Part shown: piece by piece, positions 12,860 through 24,134 of the stretch | How positions within the stretch are numbered: position 1 is the first letter of the stretch | How the letters are laid out: every line of letters starts with the position of its first letter | Source of the DNA: Eledone cirrhosa | Lineage: Eukaryota | Assembly (NCBI GenBank): GCA_964016885.1 | Contig: OZ024740.1 | Span: 237,770,001-237,834,000, forward strand | Direction of reading: 5' to 3' | DNA length: 64,000 nt | Made by a program: the position numbers and the translations under genes | Notes under the pieces: generated by a model | Databases searched by the model: none | What the model was told of the DNA's origin: nothing | What the model saw: the letters and a program-made list of their open reading frames with translations, nothing else

Positions 12860-13870
12860 TGACATACAGAGATTATTGATCTGTATTGAAACAGATATAT
12901 CTCTTCCTAATAAACCTTAGAGTTCAGATATCCAGATATTATTGATCTAAATTAAAACTGATATCTCTTCTCAATAAAGCTTATAGTTTCAACATCCAGA
13001 AATTATTCATTTGATTCAAAATGGATGTATATCTCTTTGTAATGTGGGTGTTATGGTTCTCCATCAGTTTCAACGATGTGTGTTCCAGATGCTTGCTCAA
13101 TGGAACAGCCTGCTCATGAAATTAACAATCAAGTGGCTGAGCATTCCACAGATAAGTGTAGCCTTAATTCAATTCTCAGGGCATGACAAAGTGTGTAACA
13201 AGACTGGCACTTCGAATTAACCCCTTTTTTTTATCATATTTCTAATATTTCTGTGCATGTGTATATGTGTATGAAATAATATTTTAAATAATAAAAAAAT
13301 TTGGAGAAATTTAGTAATATAACTTTCATTTTTAAGTTGATGATAGTAACATGGCTTAATAAAGATGTTTACATAAAATTATGTTGGAAGGTTCTAATAA
13401 AAGTATAAACACTTTAAAACAGTTTTGTATCATAAAACCAGGGGGTTTGGTATGAAAAGGGTTAAAAGTAAAACTCATTTTTTCCAGCTGCGTGGACTGG
13501 AACAATGTTAAATAAAGTGTCTGATTCAAGGACACTATGTGCCACTGGAAATCAAACTCACAACATTATGATCATGAGCCAAACTTCCTAACCACTAAGC
13601 CACATTTCTTCCAATTATACCCTATATTTCAGTCATTCAGAGAGTATTGATCTGAAATAAAATAGATCTATCTATTTCTAATAACCTTATAGTTCAGATA
13701 TCTAGTGATAGTCAATATGAATTGAAACAAGATATCACTCTTCTTAATAAGCAAGCATCCAGAGATTGTTGATCTGAACTGAAATAGATATCTCTCTTCT
13801 TAATAACCTTGTAGCTTAGATATCCAGAGATTGTTGGTCTGAATTGAAACAGATATTTCTTCCTAATAAT
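12860..13870. repeat. Degenerate ~60-66 bp tandem repeat (~7 copies) interrupted by SINE remnants
   Basis: Unit like atatccagagattattgatctgaattgaaacagatatctctcttcctaataa at ~12865, 12928, 12993, 13637, 13698, 13755, 13820; SINE B head remnant at ~13485-13605. Confidence 0.65.
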
Positions 13871-13940
13871 CTCACTGCCTAATATAATTCATTTCAATAC
13901 CAAACCTACGATATTAACTTCAGTTAATAACATTTTAAGC

Positions 13941-14046
13941 TCTTCTTCTTCTTCTTCTTCTTCTTCTTCTTCTTCTTCTTCTTCTTCTTCTTCTTCTTCT
14001 TCTTCTTCTTCTTCTTCTTCTTCTTCTTCTTCTTCTTCTTCTTCTT
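13941..14046. repeat. (TTC)n microsatellite
   Basis: About 35 perfect TTC units. Confidence 0.97.
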
Positions 14047-14564
14047 GTGGTGGTGGTGCTGGTAGTGATAGTATTAAGTTCAAATCAAATAACTCTCCAT
14101 TTTGTCACTACAGTTTAATTACCAATAGTAACTTATGTTATTTACATTTAATCAATGAACATTTTAGTTAAATTACTAAGCCTGTTAAACAGTATCACTG
14201 ATTAACTTCTTGTCTTAAATTAATGACACAAATTCTACTATTCATGTACAAGGATATCAAATGGAAAACCAGGAGATATTACATGAACCTAGCAACATTC
14301 AAGTAGTAAAACTAGAATCCAAAGATATTAGTTATGTTCTGTGTCAGATAATAGTAAACCAAAGATTTAAAAAAGTGAATTAAATTTTGTACTGTGAATA
14401 AGATGAGAGATCCAATGTTCTGGAAGTAAAGCTCTTTGACATAGAGAGACGAGTTGTTTCCTTGTGTTGTTGGACTCGCTTCTTCAAAGTATAACATTTA
14501 TTCCACTGTTTCAATATTTAAATAGACTACTAACATCACTCCTCCTTCTCCTCCCCCTCCTCAC

Positions 14565-14842
14565 CATCATCATCATCATCATCATCATCGTCATCATCAT
14601 CATCATCATCATCGTCATCATCCTCCTCACCATCATCATCATCATCATCGTCATCATCATCCTCACCATCATCATCATCATCATCATCATCATCACCGTC
14701 ATCCTCACCATCACCGTCATCCTCACCATCACCGTCATCCTCACCATCATCATCATCATCATCATCATCATCACCGTCATCCTCACCATCACCGTCATCC
14801 TCACCATCATCATCATCCTCATCATCATCATCATCATCATCA
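14565..14842. repeat. Compound (CAT)n microsatellite, expanded tail of a minus-strand RTE-tailed element
   Basis: CAT/CAC/CGT/CCT triplets followed by tttacgtctgtattccatg, the reverse complement of an RTE/SINE 3' end. Confidence 0.85.
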
Positions 14843-15014
14843 TTTTACGTCTGTATTCCATGTTTCCAGGGGTTACATGTATTGTCATGTACTGACACTA
14901 GACCGTCAGGTCACATGACTGTCTTGTTCATATATTTCATTTTGGAAAACTCTCTACAGTTGGATGCCCTCCTACTGCATGTACCAGCTTCATTTTTGTG
15001 TGGCACCATCGGAA

Positions 15015-18000
15015 AAGAGTGGACTGGGTGCTTTTTTTTCATGGCACCAGCACTACCATTTTACAGAGTGGACTGGGTGCATTTTTTTTCATGGCACCAG
15101 CACTACCATTTTACAGAGTGGACTGGGTGCTTTTTTTTCATGGCACCAGCACTACCATTTTACAGAGTGGACTGGGTGCTTTTTTTTCATGGCACCAGCA
15201 CTACCATTTTACAGAGTGGACTGGGTGCTTTTTTTTTCATGGCACTAGCACTACCATTTTACAGAGTGGACTGAGTGCATTTTTTTCATGGCACCAGCAC
15301 TACCATTTTACAGAGTGGACTGGGTGCTTTTTTTTCATGGCACCAGCACTACCATTTTACAGAGTGGACTGGGTGCTTTTTTTTTCATGGCACCAGCACT
15401 ACCATTTTACAGAGTGGACTGGGTGCTTTTTTTTTCATGGCACCAGCACTACCATTTTACAGAGTGGACTGGGTGCTTTTTTTTCATGGCACCAGCACTA
15501 CCATTTTACAGAGTGGACTGGGTGCTTTTTTTTTCATGGCACCAGCACTACCATTTTACAGAGTGGACTGGGTGCTTTTTTTTCATGGCACCAGCACTAC
15601 CATTTTACAGAGTGGACTGGGTGCTTTTTTATCATGGCACCAGCACTACCATTTTACAGAGTGGACTGGGTGCTTTTTTATCATGGCACCAGCACTACCA
15701 TTTTACAGAGTGGACTGGGTGCTTTTTTATCATGGCACCAGCACTACCATTTTACAGAGTGGACTGGGTGCTTTTTTATCATGGCACCAGCACTACCATT
15801 TTACAGAGTGGACTGGGTGCTTTTTTATCATGGCACCAGCACTACCATTTTACAGAGTGGACTGAGTGCATTTTTTTTCATGGCACCAGCACTACCATTT
15901 TACAGAGTGGACTGGGTGCTTTTTTATCATGGCACCAGCACTACCATTTTACAGAGTGGACTGGGTGCTTTTTTATCATGGCACCAGCACTACCATTTTA
16001 CAGAGTGGACTGGGTGCTTTTTTATCATGGCACCAGCACTACCATTTTACAGAGTGGACTGAGTGCATTTTTTTTCATGGCACCAGCACTACCATTTTAC
16101 AGAGTGGACTGGGTGCTTTTTTATCATGGCACCAGCACTACCATTTTACAGAGTGGATTGGGTGCATTTTTTTTCATGGCACTAGCACTACCATTTTACA
16201 GAGTGGACTGGGTGCTTTTTTATCATGGCACCAGCACTACCATTTTACAGAGTGGACTGGGTGCATTTATTTTCATGGCACCAGCACTACCATTTTACAG
16301 AGTGGACTGGGTGCTTTTTTATCATGGCACCAGCACTACCATTTTACAGAGTGGACTGGGTGCTTTTTTTATCATGGCACCAGCACTACCATTTTACAGA
16401 GTGGACTGAGTGCATTTATTTTCATGGCACCAGCACTACCATTTTACAGAGTGGACTGGGTGCATTTTATCATGGCACCAGCACTACCATTTTACAGAGT
16501 GGACTGGGTGCTTTTTTATCATGGCACCAGCACTACCATTTTACAGAGTGGACTGGGTGCTTTTTTTTCATGGCACCAGCACTACCATTTTACAGAGTGG
16601 ACTGGGTGCATTTGATCATGGCACCAGCACTACCATTTTACAGAGTGGACTGGGTGCTTTTTTTTCATGGCACCAGCACTACCATTTTACAGAGTGGACT
16701 GGGTGCATTTTTTTTCATGGCACCAGCACTACCATTTTACAGAGTGGACTAGGTGCTTTTTTTTCATGGCACCAGCACTACCATTTTACAGAGTGGACTG
16801 GGTGCATTTGATCATGGCACCAGCACTACCATTTTACAGAGTGGACTGGGTGCATTTTTTTTCATGGCACCAGCACTACCATTTTACAGAGTGGACAGAG
16901 TGCATTTATTTTCATGGCACCAGCACTACCATTTTACAGAGTGGACTGGGTGCTTTTTTATCATGGCACCAGCACTACCATTTTACAGAGTGGACTGGGT
17001 GCATTTATTTTCATGGCACCAGCACTACCATTTTACAGAGTGGACTGGGTGCTTTTTTATCATGGTACCAGCACTACCATTTTACAGAGTGGACTGGGTG
17101 CATTTGATCATGGCACCAGCACTACCATTTTACAGAGTGGACTGGGTGCTTTTTTATCATGGCACCAGCACTACCATTTTACAGAGTGGATTGGGTGCAT
17201 TTTTTTTCATGGCACTAGCACTACCATTTTACAGAGTGGACTGGGTGCTTTTTTATCATGGCACCAGCACTACCATTTTACAGAGTGGACTGGGTGCATT
17301 TATTTTCATGGCACCAGCACTACCATTTTACAGAGTGGACTGGGTGCTTTTTTATCATGGCACCAGCACTACCATTTTACAGAGTGGACTGGGTGCTTTT
17401 TTTATCATGGCACCAGCACTACCATTTTACAGAGTGGACTGAGTGCATTTATTTTCATGGCACCAGCACTACCATTTTACAGAGTGGACTGGGTGCATTT
17501 TATCATGGCACCAGCACTACCATTTTACAGAGTGGACTGGGTGCTTTTTTATCATGGCACCAGCACTACCATTTTACAGAGTGGACTGGGTGCTTTTTTT
17601 ATCATGGCACCAGCACTACCATTTTACAGAGTGGACTGAGTGCATTTATTTTCATGGCACCAGCACTACCATTTTACAGAGTGGACTGGGTGCATTTTTT
17701 TTCATGGCACCAGCACTATCATTTTACAGAGTGGACTGGGTGCTTTTTTTTCATGGCACCAGCACTACCATTTTACAGAGTGGACTGGGTGCATTTTTTT
17801 TCATGGCACTAGCACTACCATTTTACAGAGTGGACTGGGTGCTTTTTTTTCATGGCACCAGCACTACCATTTTACAGAGTGGACTGGGTGCATTTTTTTT
17901 CATGGCACTAGCACTACCATTTTACAGAGTGGACTGAGTGCATTTTTTTTCATGGCACTAGCACTACCATTTTACAGAGTGGACTGAGTGCATTTTTTTT

Positions 18001-20112
18001 CATGGCACCAGCACTACCATTTTACAGAGTGGACTGGGTGCATTTTTTTTCATGGCACTGACACTACCATTTTACAGAGTGGACTGGGTGCATTTTTTTT
18101 CATGGCACCAGCACTACCATTTTACAGAGTGGACTGAGTGCATTTTATCATGGCACCAGCACTACCACTTTACAGAGTAGATTGGGTGCATTTTATCATG
18201 GCACTAGCACTACCACTTTACAGAGTAGATTGGGTGCATTTTATCATGGCACCAGCACTACCACTTTACAGAGTGGGTTGGGTGCATTTTATCATGGCAT
18301 CACCACTACCACTTTACAGAGTAGATTGGGTGCATTTTATCATGGCACCAGCACTACCATTTTACAGAGTAAATTGGGTGCATTTTATCATGGCACTAGC
18401 ACTACCACTTTACAGAGTGGACTGAGTGCATTTTTTCATGGCACCAGCACTACCGTTTTACAGAGTGGGTTGGGTGCATTTTATCATGGCACCAGCACTA
18501 CCACTTTACAGAGTAGATTGGGTGCATTTTATCATGGCACTAGCACTACCACTTTACAGAGTAGATTGGGTGCATTTTATCATGGCATCACCACTACCAC
18601 TTTACAGAGTGGGTTGGGTGCATTTTATCATGGCACCAGCACTACCACTTTACAGAGTGGGTTATATGCATTTTATCATGGCACCAGCACTACCATTTTA
18701 CAGAGTGGGTTGGGTGCATTTTATCATGGCATAAGCACTACCACTTTACAGAGTGGATTGGGTGCATTTTATCATGGCACTAGCACTACCACTTTACAAA
18801 GTAGATTGGGTGCATTTTATCATAGCACCAGCACTACCACTTTACAGAGTGGGTTGGGTGCATTTTATCATGGCATCACCACTACCACTTTACAGAGTAG
18901 ATTGGGTGCATTTTATCATGGCACCAGCACTACCATTTTACAGAGTGGGCTGGGTGCATTTTATCATGGCACCAGCACTACCACTTTACAGAGTAGATTG
19001 GGTGCATTTAATCATGGCACCAGCACTACCACTTTACAGAGTGGGTTGGGTGCATTTTATCATGGCGCTAGCACTACCACTTTACAGAGTGGGTTGGGTG
19101 CATTTTATCATGGCATCACCACTACCATTTTACAGAGTAAATTGGGTGCATTTTATCGTGGCACTAGCACTACCACTTTACAGAGTGGACTGAGTGCATT
19201 TTATCATGGCACCAGCACTACCATTTTACAGAGTGGGTTGGGTGCATTTTACCATGGCACTAGCACTACCACTTTACAGAGTGGACTGAGTGCATTTTAT
19301 CATGGCACCAGCACTACCATCTTACAGAGTGGGTTGGGTGCATTTTATCATGGCACCAGCACTACCACTTTACAGAGTAGATTGGGTGCATTTTATCATG
19401 GCGCTAGCACTACCACTTTACAGAGTGGACTGAGTGCATTTTATCATGGCACCAGCACTACCATTTTACAGAGTGGGTTGGGTGCATTTTATCATGGCAC
19501 CAGCACTACCACTTTACAGAGTGGGTTGGGTGCATTTTATCATGGCATCACCACTACCATTTTACAGAGTAGATTGGGTGCATTTTATCATGGCACTAGC
19601 ACTACCACTTTACAGAGTGGGTTGGGTGCATTTGATCATGGCACTAGCACTACGATTTTACAGAGTGGATTGGGTGCATTTTATCATGGCACTAGCACTA
19701 CCACTTTACAGAGTAGATTGGGTGCATTTTATCATGGCACTAGCACTACCATTTTACAGAGTGGACTGGGTGCATTTTATCATGGCACCAGCACTACCAT
19801 TTTACAGAGTGGATTGGGTGCATTTTATCATTGCACTAGCACTACCACTTTACAGAGTGGATTGGGTGCATGTTATCATGGCACCAGCACTACCACTTTA
19901 CAGAGTGGATTGGGTGCATTTTATCATGGCACTAGAACTACCATTTTACAGAGTGAATTGGGTGCATTTTATCATGGCACCAGCACTACCACTTTACAGA
20001 GTGGATTGGGTGCATTTTATCATGGCACTAGCACTACCACTTTACAGAGTAGATTGGGTGCATTTTATCATGGCACTAGTACTACCACTTTACAGAGTGG
20101 GTTGGGTGCATT
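15015..20112. repeat. 48-51 bp tandem satellite, roughly 100 copies
   Basis: Consensus atggcaccagcactaccattttacagagtggactgggtgc(a/t)ttttt(t/a)tc repeated head-to-tail. Confidence 0.97.
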
Positions 20113-21552
20113 ATATTGCATCACAAGTTTTTCCATTTTCCAGTATGAGCTGAGCACATTATATTGTGAAATCAATAGATAATTTCAGAATCTCACTATA
20201 AATTAGTATTAATATGATATTTAGTGACACAGTAGTTTAGTTTTTAGGCTTAATAGTAAAGAGGTTCACTTCACCATTATGGGTTCTTGGTTCAGTTTCA
20301 CTGCATAGTCTTTTACCAAAGCCTTCTTCTTTTTCTTCTTCTTGAGTCATCCCTTTTTGAAAGAGGGATGACTAGCCATTAGAAAAAGCATTCATTTTTG
20401 CTTTTTCTAATGGCTAGAATATATGTCGCTCGCCACACCTGCAATTCATTTCTACATCTGAGTAAACTGTAGCATTTCTACATCTGAGTAAAGTGTCTTG
20501 CTCAAGGACACAATGCATCACCCACTAAGCCATGTGCCTTCACATAATTTTAGGTCAACCCAAACCTCGTGAGTGAACTTTGGTATACAAAATCTGTTTG
20601 GAAGCTCATCAGATTGAATGTACCTATAATTCAAAGGTCCAGCTATGCCATACACTGTGTCACACTGAATCTTCCAGAGAATTACATGAAGTATATGTTA
20701 AAGCAATGTGTATCCAGTTTAGAATAGGTACATCATAGCCATGCATGTTGTAACAAGGAACTAAAAGGGTTGGTGACAGGAAGGGCATTCAGCCATAAAA
20801 CATTAACTTAAAACGTCCCATCCAACCATACCAATGTGGAAAAGTCAATGTAAAAACGATGCTGATGATGATGATACATGTGTCAATGGAATACTCATTC
20901 ACATAGATGTTAGTTTCATGTGTAAACCATTCTGTTGCTGAACAACTGGAATACTCATCATCAAAACTGATGTGTTCCATTTATCTTTTAACTATTTTAG
21001 TTTTGAATTGCCAATATTATTTGATGTGGTAATGGACAGCCTAAATATACAAAGGTAGATTGCCTCCATATTGTATTTGACAATGGTAGCATCATTATAT
21101 TGACAGCTTCTTGGGAAGTCTGTTTATGTATCAATTTGTTTCAGCCTTCTGGTACTGACATTTAGATTTACTCCAGGAAAGATGCATGCAGTAAGTGCTT
21201 TATGTTTAGAAAGTGTTGGGAAGCTGCAAGTATGGTGAAGTATTTTTACATTACAACAAAACCTGATGCTACTGAATAGTAAGGTGTAAAACTAAAATCG
21301 TGTTTAAGACGTAAATATGAGTAAAAATAAAACTTGAGAAAGAATGAACAAAATGTCAGTATTGCTTTGTGTAAAAACAGAAATCTACTTACTGATACAT
21401 ACACGAGCATTTGGATGCTTTTGTTGAAGGTTTTCCAAAAAAATAATAAAACTTTATAAAGAACAAAATATCTAACAACTTCTGCTGCAAGATTTAAACA
21501 TGCAAAGAAAATGTGAGAAAACATTTGCAAACAATATATTATATATAACATT

Positions 21553-22052
21553 AAAATAAATGTTGTGGTGTTTACCATTGCAGTTAATGAAAGAATGTAC
21601 AACAATAACATGCAAACATTGAAGATAAGAATATTGGTGCTATCTAAAATTCTTGCATGATCGAATATAGCAGAAAGCCTAGGAAATAAATTCAGTAAGT
21701 TGACACAAGAAAAACATTTAAATAAAACAGCTATCTGAGCTGACATCTTATGCCATGATAAAATACACCCTGTATATTTTGTAAAATGGTTGACAATCAA
21801 ATGAAGAAACAACAGGGTAGAGAAAATCCTTCAATCTGTCTAATCACATTACAACCTCTTTCGTAATGGGATCATGATAAAATGCAACTTGTACACTCTG
21901 TAAAATGGTTGGTATTAGAAAGTACATTCTGCCATAGAAACCATGCCACCAAAATATGAAACATATGAGTAAAACATGATTGGATAACCATGTTTTATCT
22001 CAGACAGTGATGATCTGTCCAACCCATGCCAGTATGGAAAATAAGCATAAAA

Positions 22053-22088
<36 letters not shown>

Positions 22089-22216
22089 GAAAAAAAGATG
22101 AAATCGAAAATGCAACTGGAGTCTTATTTTTTTAAAAATATATATATATACCAAATAAATATATATATTTAAAAAAAAATAAGACTCCAGTTGCATTTTC
22201 GATTTCATCTTTTTTT

Positions 22217-22255
<39 letters not shown>

Positions 22256-22752
22256 TTTTATGCTTATTTTCCATACTGGCATGGGTTGGACAGATCATCA
22301 CGGTCTGAGATAAAACATGGTTATCCAATCATGTTTTACTCATATGTTTCATATTTTGGCATGGTTTCTATGACAGAATGTACTTTCTAATACCAACCAC
22401 TTTACAGAGTGTACAAGGTGTATTTTATCATGATCCCATTACGAAAGAGGTTGTAATGTGATTAGACAGATTGAAGGATTTTCTCTACCCTGTTGTTTCT
22501 TCATTTGATTGTCAACCATTTTACAGAATGTACAGGGTGTATTTTATCATGGCATAAGATGTCAGCTCAGATAGCTGTTTTATTTAAATGTTTTTCTTGT
22601 GTCAACTTACTGAATTTATTTCCTAGGCTTTCTGCTATATTCGATCATGCAAGAATTTTAGATAGCACCAATATTCTTATCTTCAATGTTTACATGTTAT
22701 TGCTGTACATTCTTTCATTAACTGCAATGGTAAACACCACAACATTTATTTT
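21553..22752. repeat. ~1.2 kb near-perfect palindrome (arms ~600 bp, centre ~22153)
   Basis: aaaataaatgttgtggtgtttacc... mirrored by ...ggtaaacaccacaacatttatttt; ORFs 21246-21812(-) and 22493-22804(+) are near-identical over ~85 aa. Confidence 0.95.
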
Positions 22753-22794
22753 TCTCGCAGATGTGAGAAAAACCACAGACCCTCCATCTCAACT

Positions 22795-22836
22795 CTACTT
22801 TTGAAAAGCAGAAGAACTGCGAAACTGGTAAAGGAA
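22795..22836 (+). ncRNA. Minimal type I hammerhead ribozyme with U3-A8 core variant
   Basis: ctactt-TTGAAAA-gcag aagaa ctgc-GAA-ACTGGT-A-aaggaa, followed by AATAAA; stem II perfect, stem I short. Confidence 0.55.
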
Positions 22837-23032
22837 CCAAATAAATATATATATTTTTTAAAAAATAAGACTCCAGTTGCATTTTCGATTTCATCTTTTT
22901 TTCTTTATACTTTCACTCGTGTAGGACACCTCGGTTATTTTTCATTTTGTAAAAAAAAACCTCACTTTCTAATATATATATATAAATATATACGATATTA
23001 ATAAATGGAAACTATATTTATAAAACCATATT

Positions 23033-23096
23033 TATTTCATTATACATATTTCAGGGATACCACATTAAATTATGGTATGCCTTCATCAGACAAAAT
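23033..23096 (-). ncRNA. Type I hammerhead ribozyme
   Basis: Minus strand: tattttgt-CTGATGA-aggcataccata/atttaa/tgtggtatccct-GAA-ATATGTAT-A-atgaaata, running into AATAAA. Confidence 0.75.
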
Positions 23097-23479
23097 ACAA
23101 TATATAACAGTTTTACAAATAGGTTTGACGTACCCTTTAAAATACAACCATTACTTTTGGAGGCTGTCTGGATAGTGATTTGTTTATATAATAAGTCATA
23201 GTGTTAAGCACAATTAGAAAAAGACGGAGAGAAAGAAAAAAGACGGAGAGAGAGAAAAGAACAAAGATATATATATATATATATATATGTGTATATATAT
23301 GCGTGTGTGTGTATATGTGTGCGTTGCAGAAGATAAGGAGCTTATACATGGTTGTTATACTGCAACTTCACGAAGATAAGCCAGTTCAAGCGATTGAAAA
23401 GCACTTCACGGCATTAGTTTATCCCAGATAAAAGTTGGTGATTAGGAGTGATGGAGTATTCATTTAGTACTAGCAACAA

Positions 23480-23790
23480 AGTATACTCCTCTATAGGTGC
23501 CACTGCAACAACATTTAAGGAGCATTGATACAATCAATGCCATTTGTTCAAGAGACGGGATAAAAATAAGAGCACGGCCCTCTGGGAACTTATCTGGAGA
23601 CTGAAAACAAACAACACCAAGTATTCACTCTCTTGGTCCAACATTCGATCTGCACCCCCCTATGGAGGATGGTCTGATGCATGTCACCTGTGTTCCTCTG
23701 AGATCATGGAGATACTAAGAACGTTGCCATTAGTGATCAATTAGAGACTGGACCTATTTGGCAACTGCCCCCATACACATGCCAAAAACT
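23480..23790 (+). mobile_element. Penelope-like element relic, C-terminal GIY-YIG endonuclease region
   Basis: IGATATTFKEH*YNQCHLFKRRDKNKSTALWELIWRLKTNNTKYSLSWSNIRSAPPY...CHLCSSEIMEIL resembles the PLE endonuclease pattern YIG.T..TFK.R..NH..SF...ST.LS.YIW.LK....W.I...A.PY.....C.LC..E. Confidence 0.7.
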
Positions 23791-24134
23791 TCATGAGAAC
23801 ACACCACCAATAGATACTACTCCAAAGCTGGACTCACAGAGGTAGACAACACCATCTATATATCGCACATAACTCCTAGTACCCTAATCAAACCCTAGTA
23901 ATACCTCAACCAGCTCTAGCTTTCAACCACATTCATGGTATTTCTATATAGGTAATGTACCTTACCCAAACTGTCACAGCAGCATCACTGTAAATTCTTC
24001 AGACACAAAACACTAAACTCTCTACTGGATTCCAGGCTGTTCCTACTTCTGTTTACTACCATATATTTGTATTATTATGCTGTATTGGTAGACCTAAGTT
24101 CATTTGCTTATGTTTATACTACCCATATGTGTAT

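Noticed and set aside
13889-14895. Poly-E, poly-I and poly-M ORFs
   Set aside because: Translations of (TTC)n and (CAT)n microsatellites
15015-20112. CRISPR-like array or repeat protein (666-aa ORF 18182-20182 and overlapping ORFs)
   Set aside because: Monomers abut with no unique spacers, there are no cas genes, and the context is eukaryotic; the ORFs arise from a stop-free 48-bp unit
21246-22804. Apparent duplicated gene pair (188-aa and 103-aa ORFs)
   Set aside because: By-product of the palindrome; no recognisable protein features
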